Notes: generated by a model not told the origin, from the letters alone. A stretch of DNA of 64,000 nt from an uncultured SAR116 cluster alpha proteobacterium (GCA_902539295.1 CACBIM010000007.1:31837-95836); one strand, 5' to 3'; shown: positions 1 to 9,715, counted from the stretch's first letter. Numbers and translations: made by a program.

Positions 1-14
1 TATTATTAATTCAA

Positions 15-89
15 GCGGGCGTAGCTCAGGGGTAGAGCATAACCTTGCCAAGGTTAGGGTCGAGGGTTCGAATCCCTTCGCCCGCTCCA
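15..89 (+). tRNA. tRNA-Gly (anticodon GCC), CCA encoded
   Basis: 75-nt cloverleaf. Acceptor GCGGGCG/CGCCCGC, anticodon stem TAACC/GGTTA with loop TTGCCAA (GCC), T-arm GGTTCGAATCC, 3' TCCA. Confidence 0.95.
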
Positions 90-182
90 AATATAAATAA
101 TTACCAAAAAAATAAACTTTTTAACACATACATTTTCAAGTTTTTGTAACTATATTTATGTTAGAAACAGAAATTAAAAAAA

Positions 183-908
183 ATGACGAATAATTTTGAA
201 AATATTGTTGTTACGGGAGCCAGTGGTGCAATTGGAAAGGCTTTTATTAATAATCTTTCTAAATACCAAGGAGTAAACAAAATTTATGCCTTTTCAAGAA
301 CTAAACAAACATATTATTCATCAAAAGTTACCTCTGAAGTAATAAATTATGAAAATGAAAATGAAATAGAAGATGCCGCAAAATTATCATCCCTAAAAGC
401 TAAAATTAACTTGGTTTTAGTAGCAAATGGTATTCTGCATAATGACGTTGTCTACCCTGAAAAAAAATTAGAGGAGATATCAATTCAAAAATTTCAAGAA
501 ATTTTTTATGTAAATACTATCCTTCCATCTTTGATAGCAAAACATTTTATCCCTTGCCTTTCCAAAGAAATGGCTATCATGGGTTTTATGTCTGCTAGAG
601 TTGGAAGCGTATCCGACAATAAGTTAGGTGGTTGGTATGCTTACAGATCTTCAAAAGCTGCTTTAAATATGATGATTAAAAATCTTTCTATTGAAGTAGG
701 CAGAAGGAACAAAAAAGCTATTTTAGTTGGTCTTCACCCTGGTACCGTCGATAGCAATTTATCTAAACCTTTTCAAAATAATGTCCCAGCAGAAAAATTA
801 TTTTCACCTGAAACTTCAGTAGACCACTTATTAAAAGTTTTATTCAATCTTAAATTGGAGAATACAGGAAAAATTTATGCTTGGGATGGAAGTGAAATTG
901 AACCTTAA
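183..908 (+). CDS. short-chain dehydrogenase/reductase (SDR) family oxidoreductase
   Basis: Rossmann motif VVTGASGAIGKAF and catalytic YxxxK (YRSSKAALN). The 241 aa length is typical of classical SDRs. Confidence 0.85.
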   Translation: MTNNFENIVVTGASGAIGKAFINNLSKYQGVNKIYAFSRTKQTYYSSKVTSEVINYENENEIEDAAKLSSLKAKINLVLVANGILHNDVVYPEKKLEEISIQKFQEIFYVNTILPSLIAKHFIPCLSKEMAIMGFMSARVGSVSDNKLGGWYAYRSSKAALNMMIKNLSIEVGRRNKKAILVGLHPGTVDSNLSKPFQNNVPAEKLFSPETSVDHLLKVLFNLKLENTGKIYAWDGSEIEP

Positions 909-938
909 ATTAAAGGCTATAAATTTGAAAAATTTTCT

Positions 939-1916
939 ATGACCAAAGTTGCAGTGATAGGTGCAGGCATGTGTGGAATTTCATGTGCCAGCTATTTACA
1001 GAAAAATGGTTTTGGTGTTACTGTTTTTGAGAAAAGTCGTGGTATTGGCGGCAGGATGGCATCACGCAGAATAAATGAACAAGTCTCTGTTGATCATGGT
1101 GCTCAGTATATTAAACCCTACAGTAAGAATTTTTTACATTTCTTAGAAGAAACTGTTCGGGCAGGTTTTGCTTCATCATGGTCTCCTTTAGGCATGGAAA
1201 AAAATTATATCCAAGAAAAGAAGATATTTGTAGGCGCACCAAGAATGAATAGCATTTTAAAAAATTCTTCTAATAATTTAGAAATTAATTTTTCATCAAA
1301 AATAAACAAAATATTAAGTAATTTTAATAAATGGAAACTAGTTATTGAAGGAATTGAATATCAAAAAGAATTTGACATAGTTGTATTTGCTATTCCATTT
1401 CATCAGATTTCAGAAATTATTGATGATGCTTGGTCCACTGTAAAAAAAATATCAAAAGTTAAAATGTCACCTTGTTGGACATTAATGTTATTAACAAAAA
1501 ATAAACTTTCTTTTAGTGATTATGAAAAATTAGATAATGAAAAAATTTCTTCAATTACATTTGATACGTCAAAGCCCCAAAGAAATAAAAAATTCAATTC
1601 ATATATTATCCATAGCAATCCAAATTGGTCTGAGAGACATATTTCATATGATCAAAATAAAATTGAAGAAATGCTTATAAATATTTTAACTAAAGATTTT
1701 GGACAAGATCTTAATATAGAATATATCAAAGCTCATAGATGGCTTTACGCACAAACAACTGACCCATTGGGTAAACCATTTATAAAAAATGAGAATAATT
1801 CTTTATATGCTGGAGGGGACTGGTGTCTTGGAACAAATGTAGAATCCGCATTTATAAGTGGTTTTGAAATAGGAAAATCAATAAAATCTTATTGTACAAA
1901 TTTTCATTTAAAATAG
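939..1916 (+). CDS. FAD/NAD(P)-dependent oxidoreductase (amine-oxidase fold, renalase/COG3380-like)
   Basis: N-terminal dinucleotide-binding fold VAVIGAGMCGISCA..VFEKSRGIGGRMASRR. C-terminal GGDW motif typical of the amine-oxidase fold. Confidence 0.75.
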   Translation: MTKVAVIGAGMCGISCASYLQKNGFGVTVFEKSRGIGGRMASRRINEQVSVDHGAQYIKPYSKNFLHFLEETVRAGFASSWSPLGMEKNYIQEKKIFVGAPRMNSILKNSSNNLEINFSSKINKILSNFNKWKLVIEGIEYQKEFDIVVFAIPFHQISEIIDDAWSTVKKISKVKMSPCWTLMLLTKNKLSFSDYEKLDNEKISSITFDTSKPQRNKKFNSYIIHSNPNWSERHISYDQNKIEEMLINILTKDFGQDLNIEYIKAHRWLYAQTTDPLGKPFIKNENNSLYAGGDWCLGTNVESAFISGFEIGKSIKSYCTNFHLK

Positions 1917-3272
1917 TTCATTGCAGTTATTGATACTTTCAATTTGACTAAGCTTTTCATATAGATTTTCAATATTAAAATTGACTTCAGAGTATTGTAT
2001 GCATGATTGAAACTTATTAAATAGTGATTGTTTGTCTAGAGGTTTAATTGCTGACCCAGTAGGGGCGCCAATAAACTTCTCATAGGAATTTCCATTTTTT
2101 AAAATTAGTTTTACATTTGTCCATTCGGGACAGATTAACTTACTTTTCCTATAACTATTTGGGATATTTCCGACAATAATTTTAATTTTTTTCATTAAAA
2201 TTTTTGTCTTTTTATCTAAAATGTACTTTTTATTTAAATGCTCCAATTTAATTGAACCAAATCTTATAATCATAGCAATAGAAAATTGCATACTAAATTG
2301 AGCCTCTTTAACAGTTTGGGGATTATTATATGTTAAGTTAGAGGCTATTACTTTTGGAACAACACAATTGATTTCTTTGATTTCCTCAAGATTAATTTTT
2401 TTTGTTTCCAATATAAATTTTATTCCATCTGAAGCTGAGTGACTTGCATAGCATACTGGATATTTCTTTATATCAACACCTGGATCAAGCAAACTAAATT
2501 TAGTCCCAATATTTTTGATAGGTTTATTATTAAAGCTATTGCCATTTAAAATAGATTTAAGCCCATTTTGGTCTTCAAACACATCTATAGGACCACTGGC
2601 ACCTTGTTGAGCTAAGTTTGAAGAAATTATTCCATTTTCTGCTGATTTCCCACAATAGAAGTGTTTAGCATCAGTTCCTCTAATAGCGCGGATTGCTCCA
2701 ACTCCTGATGCAGAAATAGATAATGCATTCTCGATATCCCTCTGATTTAATCCACTAATTGAAGCAACACCTGCAGTGCTACCAATTGATCCAAATACTG
2801 AAGTTGTCCACCACCCTTTATCATAAATCTCGTTGGTAAAAGCCTTGGCAAGAGCAAATTGAATTTCTAATCCAATAATAAATCCCTTTAATAAATCTTT
2901 ACCTGAGAGCTGCTTATGTTGAGAATATGCTAATACTGCTGGGAAAACCACTGCAGACCCATGAACTATTCCTGCATAGCAGTTGTCATCAAAATCTAAA
3001 GCGTGTCCAGATGCTCCATTTACAAAGGCTGATCCTGAAGGATTGAGAAATTTATTCATTCCGATGATTTTACAATTTCCAGAAGAGTATATTTCTTCAG
3101 CTAATGCATAAAACAATTTTGCTGATTGTGTTGTTGAACCTGCAATGGTTACACCAGATATATCTACAATTAGGTTTTTTGCTATATCTAGAACTTCTTG
3201 TGGGAAATTTGTAGATTTTAAATTTATAATTGAATTTGAAATTTGTTTAATAATGAGACTTTTTTGATGCAT
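1908..3272 (-). CDS. MmgE/PrpD (2-methylcitrate dehydratase) family protein
   Basis: 454 aa with GHALDFDD and the overall pattern of the PrpD family. The 3' end overlaps the convergent upstream gene by 9 nt. Confidence 0.8.
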   Translation of the reverse strand: MHQKSLIIKQISNSIINLKSTNFPQEVLDIAKNLIVDISGVTIAGSTTQSAKLFYALAEEIYSSGNCKIIGMNKFLNPSGSAFVNGASGHALDFDDNCYAGIVHGSAVVFPAVLAYSQHKQLSGKDLLKGFIIGLEIQFALAKAFTNEIYDKGWWTTSVFGSIGSTAGVASISGLNQRDIENALSISASGVGAIRAIRGTDAKHFYCGKSAENGIISSNLAQQGASGPIDVFEDQNGLKSILNGNSFNNKPIKNIGTKFSLLDPGVDIKKYPVCYASHSASDGIKFILETKKINLEEIKEINCVVPKVIASNLTYNNPQTVKEAQFSMQFSIAMIIRFGSIKLEHLNKKYILDKKTKILMKKIKIIVGNIPNSYRKSKLICPEWTNVKLILKNGNSYEKFIGAPTGSAIKPLDKQSLFNKFQSCIQYSEVNFNIENLYEKLSQIESINNCNELF

Positions 3273-3294
3273 TGATTAACAATCTAAAAAGAAT

Positions 3295-4251
3295 TCATTT
3301 TTTAAAGTAACCAGCTCTTACAGCTGTACCAATTAAATTACATATAAATCTTCCAGCTGTTATTGCAGTGATGCCATTAACATCTTTTGCAGGTGTTATC
3401 TCAACTATATCCATGCCTAAGACTTTACCTTTCTTTACTAAACCTTGTATAAGTGTCCTCATTTGTGAATAATTGACACCTCCGGGAGCAGGCCCAGCAA
3501 CAGCGGGCATTATTGTTGGATCAACTCCGTCAGCATCAATGGTTAAGTAATAGTTTTGTCCATCAGGTATTCTCTCCAAAATTGCTTTCATTCCTATTTC
3601 CTGAAGCTCAATATCAGTAATCAAATTTGCCCCGTAATCAATTGCAGCTTGAGCTTCTTCTGGCCTTGCACTCCCAGCAGAACGCAACCCAATTTGAAAA
3701 ATTTCCTTAATATGCTTCATTTCTGAGGCTCTTCTAATTACACTTGATAAACCAAAACTTACCCCATGGAAAACATCACGCCAGTCAATATGTGCATCAA
3801 CTTGAACTAAAGTTATTGGACCATGATTTTCCAAGGCACGGAAAACAGGTATAGGAATTGCGTGATCTCCCCCTAGAATTATTGGCATGGCACCAGATGC
3901 AAGAACTTTTCTTACAGCCTGTTCAGATCTATCATGATTGCCTGCAACATCCTTTGCTTCTCCAATTACATCTCCACAATCAACAACTTTAACGTCTTCA
4001 CCATTTAAAAGGGTTCCGCCAATGTCAAAATCATATCTATCAAGTCCACGTAAAGCTCTTTCACAATATCTTCGGATGTGTGTAGGAGCATTGCATTGAT
4101 CATTACTTGCTTCACCCATTGAGTATGGGTCCCCAAATGGTATCCCCAAAAATGCGATATCAGCTTTAAAATTATCTAAATCTGAAACAATTGGAAAATT
4201 ATGAAAACTTTGAAACTCTTTTTTTGGGGGGCTGGTAAGTGAAGTTGTCAT
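3295..4251 (-). CDS. arginase-family ureohydrolase (agmatinase/guanidino-acid hydrolase type), paralogue 1
   Basis: Mn-ligand motifs GGDHAIPIP, DAHIDWRD and TIDADGVDPTIMPAV. Shares the C-terminal CN(L/F)IG(T/S)AVRAGY with the 9794..10765 product. Confidence 0.9.
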   Translation of the reverse strand: MTTSLTSPPKKEFQSFHNFPIVSDLDNFKADIAFLGIPFGDPYSMGEASNDQCNAPTHIRRYCERALRGLDRYDFDIGGTLLNGEDVKVVDCGDVIGEAKDVAGNHDRSEQAVRKVLASGAMPIILGGDHAIPIPVFRALENHGPITLVQVDAHIDWRDVFHGVSFGLSSVIRRASEMKHIKEIFQIGLRSAGSARPEEAQAAIDYGANLITDIELQEIGMKAILERIPDGQNYYLTIDADGVDPTIMPAVAGPAPGGVNYSQMRTLIQGLVKKGKVLGMDIVEITPAKDVNGITAITAGRFICNLIGTAVRAGYFKK

Positions 4252-4316
4252 AATCTAAATCCTTTCTGTAAAGTTCTTATCATGATTTTAAAATTCCAGT
4301 ATTAACTGAGTGGTTA

Positions 4317-5099
4317 TTAATGTTTTTCCTTTAATGATGTAATATCTAGCTTTTCTAAGAAGAGTTTTAATCTGTCTGTTTTAGGAGATTTGAGAATTAT
4401 ATTTGGAGCGCCTTCTTCAATAATTTCTCCACCATCCATAAAGACTATCCTGTCTCCAAATTTTGACGCAAATCCTAACTCATGAGTTACAATTAACATT
4501 GTCATTCCTTCATTTACTAAGTTTCTTAGAACAGATAGGACCTCTCCTACTAATTCAGGATCAAGGGCTGAAGTCGGCTCATCAAGTAACATTAAAACAG
4601 GATCCATTGCTAATGATCTAGCTATTGCTAATCGTTGTTTCTGGCCACCAGAAAGGTTATCTGGCCATTCATCTATTTTATCTTTTAATCCAACATCGCT
4701 TAATATTTTTATAGCTTTCGGCTCAGCTACTTCTCTAGATCTTTTTGCTACAACTATTTGTGCTTTGATAACATTTTCTAGTACATTTAAGTGTGGCCAT
4801 ACATTGAATTGCTGAAACACCATTCCCATCCTAGCACGAAAATCATTTAGTAATTTAGATTGTTCTATGCTTAATTTTCCATTTTCTGATCCAATTATTT
4901 TTCCTTCCAGTTTAACCATTCCACTATCTGGTGGTGTCAACCAGTTGATAGCTCTTAAGAGAGTGCTCTTACCACAGCCACTTGGTCCAATTATACAAAT
5001 CACTTCACCTTTAGAAATATTTAAAGATACATTTTTCAAAGCATTAATAGGGCCAAATTTTTTATTGAGCTCTTTGATTTCTAAAAACTTTGATTTCAT
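4317..5099 (-). CDS. polar amino acid ABC transporter ATP-binding protein
   Basis: Walker A GPSGCGKST, signature LSGGQKQR, Walker B LMLLDEPTSALD. GlnQ/HisP-like length of 260 aa. Confidence 0.93.
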   Translation of the reverse strand: MKSKFLEIKELNKKFGPINALKNVSLNISKGEVICIIGPSGCGKSTLLRAINWLTPPDSGMVKLEGKIIGSENGKLSIEQSKLLNDFRARMGMVFQQFNVWPHLNVLENVIKAQIVVAKRSREVAEPKAIKILSDVGLKDKIDEWPDNLSGGQKQRLAIARSLAMDPVLMLLDEPTSALDPELVGEVLSVLRNLVNEGMTMLIVTHELGFASKFGDRIVFMDGGEIIEEGAPNIILKSPKTDRLKLFLEKLDITSLKEKH

Positions 5100-5807
5100 C
5101 TAGAGCCCTTTTCTTTGTAAATTTTTAATTGTGGGCTTTGTTGTCTCAGTTTTTTTTCTATCCTTTGAAAATTTCTTTTCTAATTTACGCATTATGGTTG
5201 CGATCGTTTCATTCAGTGCCCAATATAGTAAGGCAACCATGATAAAAACCTCAAATGGTCTAAAAGTCTCGCCTTGGACCATAAGTCCTGTCATAGTCAG
5301 TTCATGGACCGTAATAGTTGATAAAACAGCTGATTCTTTTATAAGTGTCAGTGTTTGGTTTGTAAGTGGTGGCAAAACAATTGAAATTGTTTGAGGTAAA
5401 ATAATATTTTTCATAGCCTGCCAGTCAGTCATGCCTATTGCTCTTGCACTCTCAAGCTGGCCTTTTGGAACTGCGTCGATGCCAGCTCTTATGATTTCTG
5501 CAAAGTATGCGCTACCAAAAGCAGCAAGAGCAAGAATTCCTACATACTCTGCAGAAAGCCTTAGGCCATAGAAAGGCAAAACATAATAAAATAAAAATAC
5601 TTGTATTATAAATGGAGTATTCCTAAACAGTTCGATAAAACTCGTTGATATAAAGCTAATAATTCTAAAATTAGATCGTCTTCCTAGGGCTAAAAACAAA
5701 CCTAATGGAATACCTAATGCAATCGCACAAACTACAATTTTTAAAGTTAGCCAAAAACCTAATAATATCATTGGCCCATAATCAAAAAATATTTGATATT
5801 CTAGCAT
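5100..5807 (-). CDS. amino acid ABC transporter permease (His/Glu/Gln/Arg/opine family)
   Basis: Multi-TM protein with an EAA-like loop (ESARAIGMTDWQAMKNIILPQ). Abuts the ATPase gene with no spacer. Confidence 0.9.
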   Translation of the reverse strand: MLEYQIFFDYGPMILLGFWLTLKIVVCAIALGIPLGLFLALGRRSNFRIISFISTSFIELFRNTPFIIQVFLFYYVLPFYGLRLSAEYVGILALAAFGSAYFAEIIRAGIDAVPKGQLESARAIGMTDWQAMKNIILPQTISIVLPPLTNQTLTLIKESAVLSTITVHELTMTGLMVQGETFRPFEVFIMVALLYWALNETIATIMRKLEKKFSKDRKKTETTKPTIKNLQRKGL

Positions 5808-5814
5808 ATTCTGA

Positions 5815-6477
5815 TCAAGCTCTTTTTACTTTTAATCGTTTTTCAAGGAAAGCAGAACTTCGGCTTACGACAAAACACATTAAAAAATAAATAATAAAAG
5901 TGCCACTTAACACCTCTACTGGATGATAGTTAGCACTGTAAATTTGTTGTGAAACTCGCATTAATTCAACTACAGTTATAAGAGAAAGTAATGCTGTAGC
6001 TTTTAGAACCATTGTAAATTCATTAACTAATGGTGGTATTGATGTTATAAATGTTTGAGGGAGAATTATTTTTCTCCACAATGCAAATCCTGATATTCCT
6101 AATGATTTTGCGGCTTCAAATTGGCCTACTGGCACAGAAGCTAAGCCACCTCTTAAAATTTCTGTTACAAATGCAGCACTGTTGAGTGTTATTGCAAGAA
6201 TGCCAGCAGTAAAAGGGCCTAAATTTAGTCCAAAAACAGGCAAAACATAATATATAAGAAATATTTGAACAAGTATTGGTGTACCTCTAATAAAACTTAT
6301 ATAGAAAGCAATTATGAAGTTTAAAATTTTTGATCGAAGTGAAGTTCTTGCAATGGTTATAATCGTTGCAAGTAATACACTTAGAGTAAAACCTAAAATT
6401 GCAACCTGCATTGTAATGAATGCACCCTCAAGGAGCCTAGGAATAGCATCGAAGGTATAGCTTATGTCAAATTTCAT
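5815..6477 (-). CDS. amino acid ABC transporter permease (second subunit)
   Basis: Paralogous to 5100..5807, with EAAKSLGISGFALWRKIILPQ. Same operon. Confidence 0.9.
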   Translation of the reverse strand: MKFDISYTFDAIPRLLEGAFITMQVAILGFTLSVLLATIITIARTSLRSKILNFIIAFYISFIRGTPILVQIFLIYYVLPVFGLNLGPFTAGILAITLNSAAFVTEILRGGLASVPVGQFEAAKSLGISGFALWRKIILPQTFITSIPPLVNEFTMVLKATALLSLITVVELMRVSQQIYSANYHPVEVLSGTFIIYFLMCFVVSRSSAFLEKRLKVKRA

Positions 6478-6504
6478 TATAATTTAAGTTTGGTTAAATA
6501 TTTC

Positions 6505-6545
6505 ATCATAGGATTGCCTTAAAATTTCTTAAGCAATCCTATGAT
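6505..6545 (-). promoter_or_regulatory. intercistronic stem-loop between the SBP gene and the permease genes
   Basis: Perfect 13-bp arms ATCATAGGATTGC / GCAATCCTATGAT. An inner TTAA/TTAA extension follows after a 1-nt bulge. No U-tract follows on the transcribed (minus) strand. Confidence 0.7.
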
Positions 6546-6556
6546 ATTATATTAGT

Positions 6557-7405
6557 TTAAAGTGCACCCTCTGGAAGATGACCTTCGCTTGGAATAGGCA
6601 TTCTAAAACCAAACCATTTGTCTTGAATTTCATCAATAAGACCCTTATCGCGCATTTCAAGTATTTTTGAACTTATATAATCTCTCAAGTCAGTGTCCTC
6701 TGGTCTTGTAACCCATGCCATATAAGTTTTATCAGTAATTGGGCCAACTAACTCAAATACACCTTTTTGCTTTTTTGCAACAACAGCTAAGTTTGGAACA
6801 GTCTGGGTTTGTGCATCACAAGTTCCATTCGCAAGAGCTAAAGTTGCTTCTGGATGAGCAGTAAATAGTTTTAATTCTTTATAGCCTTTTAAGCCTCTAG
6901 ATTTCATGTCAGCTTCCCACTCTTTAGTAGCTTTTTCGCTGCCAGATGCGAGCTGAGTACATACCACTTTACCCGACAAATCATCTGGGCTCATTATTGA
7001 AGAATCACCACTTCTTTTCATTACCCAGTTAGTGCCTTCAGCTATTGGAACAGTAAAGGCATATTTTTTTGCTCTTTCAGCGCGGATACTCACACTAGTT
7101 GCGACAAAATCAAACTTGCCAGCTAAAACACCTGGAAGAATTCCTTGCCAAGGTAAATCCAATTGGTTTAATTCAACTCCCATATCAGCGATTATATAGT
7201 CAAGAATATCCTTTCCATAACCAACTATCTTGCCATCTTCAACAAATTCGAATGGTGGAAAAGCAGCTTCAGTTCCAACAGTAACTTTCCCAGTTCTCTT
7301 TATCTTTTCAAATGTCGTTTCTGCATAAACATTGGTTCCAGCAAAAATGATGGATAAGGATAAAACTAAGCTTATAAATGCTAATAATTTATTATTATTA
7401 TTCAT
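6557..7405 (-). CDS. periplasmic amino acid-binding protein (SBP family 3)
   Basis: Signal peptide MNNNNKLLAFISLVLSLSIIFAGTNVYA. Family-3 SBP pattern (GTEAAFPPFEF, FDFVATSVSI). First gene of the ABC operon. Confidence 0.9.
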   Translation of the reverse strand: MNNNNKLLAFISLVLSLSIIFAGTNVYAETTFEKIKRTGKVTVGTEAAFPPFEFVEDGKIVGYGKDILDYIIADMGVELNQLDLPWQGILPGVLAGKFDFVATSVSIRAERAKKYAFTVPIAEGTNWVMKRSGDSSIMSPDDLSGKVVCTQLASGSEKATKEWEADMKSRGLKGYKELKLFTAHPEATLALANGTCDAQTQTVPNLAVVAKKQKGVFELVGPITDKTYMAWVTRPEDTDLRDYISSKILEMRDKGLIDEIQDKWFGFRMPIPSEGHLPEGAL

Positions 7406-7504
7406 TTTATTATCTCCCTTATGATTTTAATCAAATTTAAAGTCGTTCTCCCAGATGTTCAGAATTTTTGTTTAAGGCAATTTAAACAATTTTTCACAAA
7501 ACAC

Positions 7505-7534
7505 AGTCAGTAAACGACAGTTACCTTACTGTGA
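7505..7534. promoter_or_regulatory. candidate operator site 1 (AGTCAGTAAAC-N10-TTACTG)
   Basis: Shares the 11-mer AGTCAGTAAAC and the CAGTAA-N12-TTACTG spacing with the perfect palindrome at 7785..7818. Lies about 115 bp upstream of the SBP start. Confidence 0.5.
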
Positions 7535-7784
7535 GCGTTCAAAGACAATAGATAAGAAATATACCTAATTAAATTTTATTTTTAGATATTAAAAAAAATA
7601 GATCCTAACTTTAAATTCACTTTCATTAGAAAATAAACATTTTTTTCATATTAGCGTGTCACATCCACTAACTAGGTCACTAAAAACTTGAGATATTTAT
7701 TTCAAATCTAAAACACCTTTTAACACTCATAATAATAAACTAACATGCTGAAAAAAGAAAAAAACAATTTTTTTATGGCAATGT

Positions 7785-7818
7785 ATAGTCAGTAAACAAA
7801 GATTTGTTTACTGACTAT
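7785..7818. promoter_or_regulatory. 34-bp perfect palindrome; candidate operator site 2 and/or transcript-end hairpin
   Basis: ATAGTCAGTAAACAAA-GA-TTTGTTTACTGACTAT has 16-bp perfect arms. It overlaps the stop codon (7815-7817) of the minus-strand gene 7815..8384. Confidence 0.6.
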
Positions 7819-8384
7819 TCACGAATTTTGAAAGTTTCTTTTGCATTAGGAACGTTATTTATAGCATTTAATTGCGTCAATAGTTTAGTTAATTTTGGAA
7901 TATATGATTTTGCAACTAGCCTTGTATAGCTTAGGTAATACTCAATATATTTATCAGTTGCTCGAAACTCTTTGTCTGAATAATATTCAATAATTCCTAT
8001 TTCTATTGCACTATCAACCATATCGCTGGCAGCTTTTCTAGTTATCATAATTTGATTACTCACTATACTTTTAGTAGTTACCAGGCCACCAAAATAATTA
8101 TAGAAAATAAGGTTCATAAAATAAACTCTAGCATTACTTTTATTACACCAAGTTCCAATATCCTCAAATTCTTTAATCTGACTAGGTTTTCCAATGAATC
8201 TGTGTATCCACATTTCTAATTCCCCTAAAGCAAGACCTGCTAAAATCTCATTATTTTTAATAAAAGATTTGTCTTCTAATGGATTAAATCGAAAATCTGA
8301 ACTTTTTGAACCGTTTCTTAAATGAGGATCTCTTCTTTCGTTATTACTTAGAGATTTAATTTTAATATTATTTGCTTGAGTCAT
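7815..8384 (-). CDS. hypothetical protein, possible DNA-binding regulator
   Basis: 189-aa ORF flanked by long spacers of 409 and 197 bp, between two catabolic operons. The segment ITRKAASDMVDSAIEIGIIEY is helix-turn-helix-like. No family recognised. Confidence 0.55.
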   Translation of the reverse strand: MTQANNIKIKSLSNNERRDPHLRNGSKSSDFRFNPLEDKSFIKNNEILAGLALGELEMWIHRFIGKPSQIKEFEDIGTWCNKSNARVYFMNLIFYNYFGGLVTTKSIVSNQIMITRKAASDMVDSAIEIGIIEYYSDKEFRATDKYIEYYLSYTRLVAKSYIPKLTKLLTQLNAINNVPNAKETFKIRE

Positions 8385-8581
8385 TTTTTCTCCTTACAGG
8401 ATGACCACAAACTTTTAAATCCAAAAAAAAATACAGTTGTAGCGAATTCATAATCAAATTAGTCTATAAATTATAATTTGAGTCAAGTTATTTGAGATAT
8501 GACAAAATTAATTAGCAATTATATTTTCAATCTCTCAAAATTGATTATTAATTACTAAATTTCTAATTAGGGATCTTAAAA

Positions 8582-9715
8582 TTGCAAAATTTAAATGAAT
8601 TATTTACCCCCTGTCTTATTGTTGAAAAAAGCAAGCTGATCAATAATATTGAGCGTTTAAGCTCAAGGATATTCAAAGAAAAAACTAAATTTCGTCCCCA
8701 CTTAAAAACAGCAAAATGTAAAAAAATTACTGAAATCTTTACAAAATATTTTGGATCTCGAGCAATGGTTTCTACAATTGAAGAAATTGAACAACTAAAG
8801 GACTGTGGAATAACAGATTTTCTTTATTCAGTTGCTATTGTTCCAAATAAACTTAAACGTATTGCAAGTTGTTTATCAGATAATTGTCAAGTTACAGTTT
8901 CAATTGATCATATATCGATAGCTAATGAATTAGTTAATTTTTGTAAAGTTGAAGGCTGTAAAATTTCAGCTGTTATTGAATTAGATTTTGATGGACATAG
9001 GTCAGGTGTCAGGCCAAATGCAGAAAAGCAACTTATTGAAATAGGTAAATGTTTGAGTGATGCCGGTTTGTTCAGAGGTGTAATGTCACATGCAGGGGCG
9101 AGCTATAATCTATCAAACAATCAAGATTTACTTAAATGTGCGAAGAATGAAGCAGAGCAGACCTTGGAGGCAGTAAGAATACTTAAAAATGCGTCATTAA
9201 GTTGTAACCTAGTTACGATTGGATCAACACCTACGGTTTTAACAAATTATAATAATGATGCAATTAATGAATTAAGAGCTGGTGTTTTTGTTTTCTTTGA
9301 TTTGGTTCAAACTGGTATTGGTATCTGTAATATTGAAGATATTGCACTTTCTGTATTAACATCAGTAATAAGTGTTAACCGGGAAATTGATGCAATAATA
9401 GTCGACGCTGGTTGGATGGCTTTATCAAGAGATAGAGGCACTTCTTCCCAAAAAACTGATTTTGGATATGGGCAGGTTTGCTTAGAAGATGGGACAATAA
9501 TCGAAGACGTCATTGTCACAGGCGTTCAACAGGAACATGGTATCATACAAGTAAGAAAAGGTAGTGAAGCATTGCTCCCGAATATTAAGCCAGGAGATAT
9601 GCTAAGAATACTACCTAATCATGCTTGCGCTACAGCAGCTGCACATGATCGCTATTATGTAAATGATAAAATAACTGGTGAAATTGAAGTCTGGGATAAA
9701 TTTAACGGCTGGTGA
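8582..9715 (+). CDS. D-threonine aldolase / D-serine dehydratase (DSD1)-like PLP enzyme (alanine-racemase N-terminal fold)
   Basis: TPCLIVEKSKL..FRPHLKTAKC (PLP-Lys context) and C-terminal QEHG..LPNHAC are typical of COG3616 enzymes. The ORF track starts it at TTG. Confidence 0.75.
   Translation: MQNLNELFTPCLIVEKSKLINNIERLSSRIFKEKTKFRPHLKTAKCKKITEIFTKYFGSRAMVSTIEEIEQLKDCGITDFLYSVAIVPNKLKRIASCLSDNCQVTVSIDHISIANELVNFCKVEGCKISAVIELDFDGHRSGVRPNAEKQLIEIGKCLSDAGLFRGVMSHAGASYNLSNNQDLLKCAKNEAEQTLEAVRILKNASLSCNLVTIGSTPTVLTNYNNDAINELRAGVFVFFDLVQTGIGICNIEDIALSVLTSVISVNREIDAIIVDAGWMALSRDRGTSSQKTDFGYGQVCLEDGTIIEDVIVTGVQQEHGIIQVRKGSEALLPNIKPGDMLRILPNHACATAAAHDRYYVNDKITGEIEVWDKFNGW

Noticed and set aside
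4867-5103. The ORF track lists many 60-107 aa ORFs antisense to or nested in well-supported genes. Examples: 4867..5103, 5131..5394, 9307..9519, 11573..11878, 15547..15825, 21449..21754, 22922..23224, 24400..24699, 42194..42427, 46642..46911, 47615..47869, 52476..52718, 53814..54125, 56193..56423, 60441..60764, 62258..62539.
   Set aside because: Each lies wholly inside a gene with clear family motifs on the other strand or frame. Their translations are low-complexity with no motifs. They are typical shadow ORFs.
7688-7700. The 9-mer TTGAGATAT is shared between the 7406-7814 spacer and the 8385-8581 spacer, considered as a second regulator motif.
   Set aside because: A rough estimate gives on the order of one or more chance 9-mer matches of this AT-rich type between two spacers of these sizes.
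7406-7814. A riboswitch or small RNA in the 409-bp spacer upstream of the amino-acid ABC operon.
   Set aside because: I could find no recognisable riboswitch core (glycine, TPP or SAM types) or extended conserved-looking helices by eye. Only the operator-like repeats are reported.
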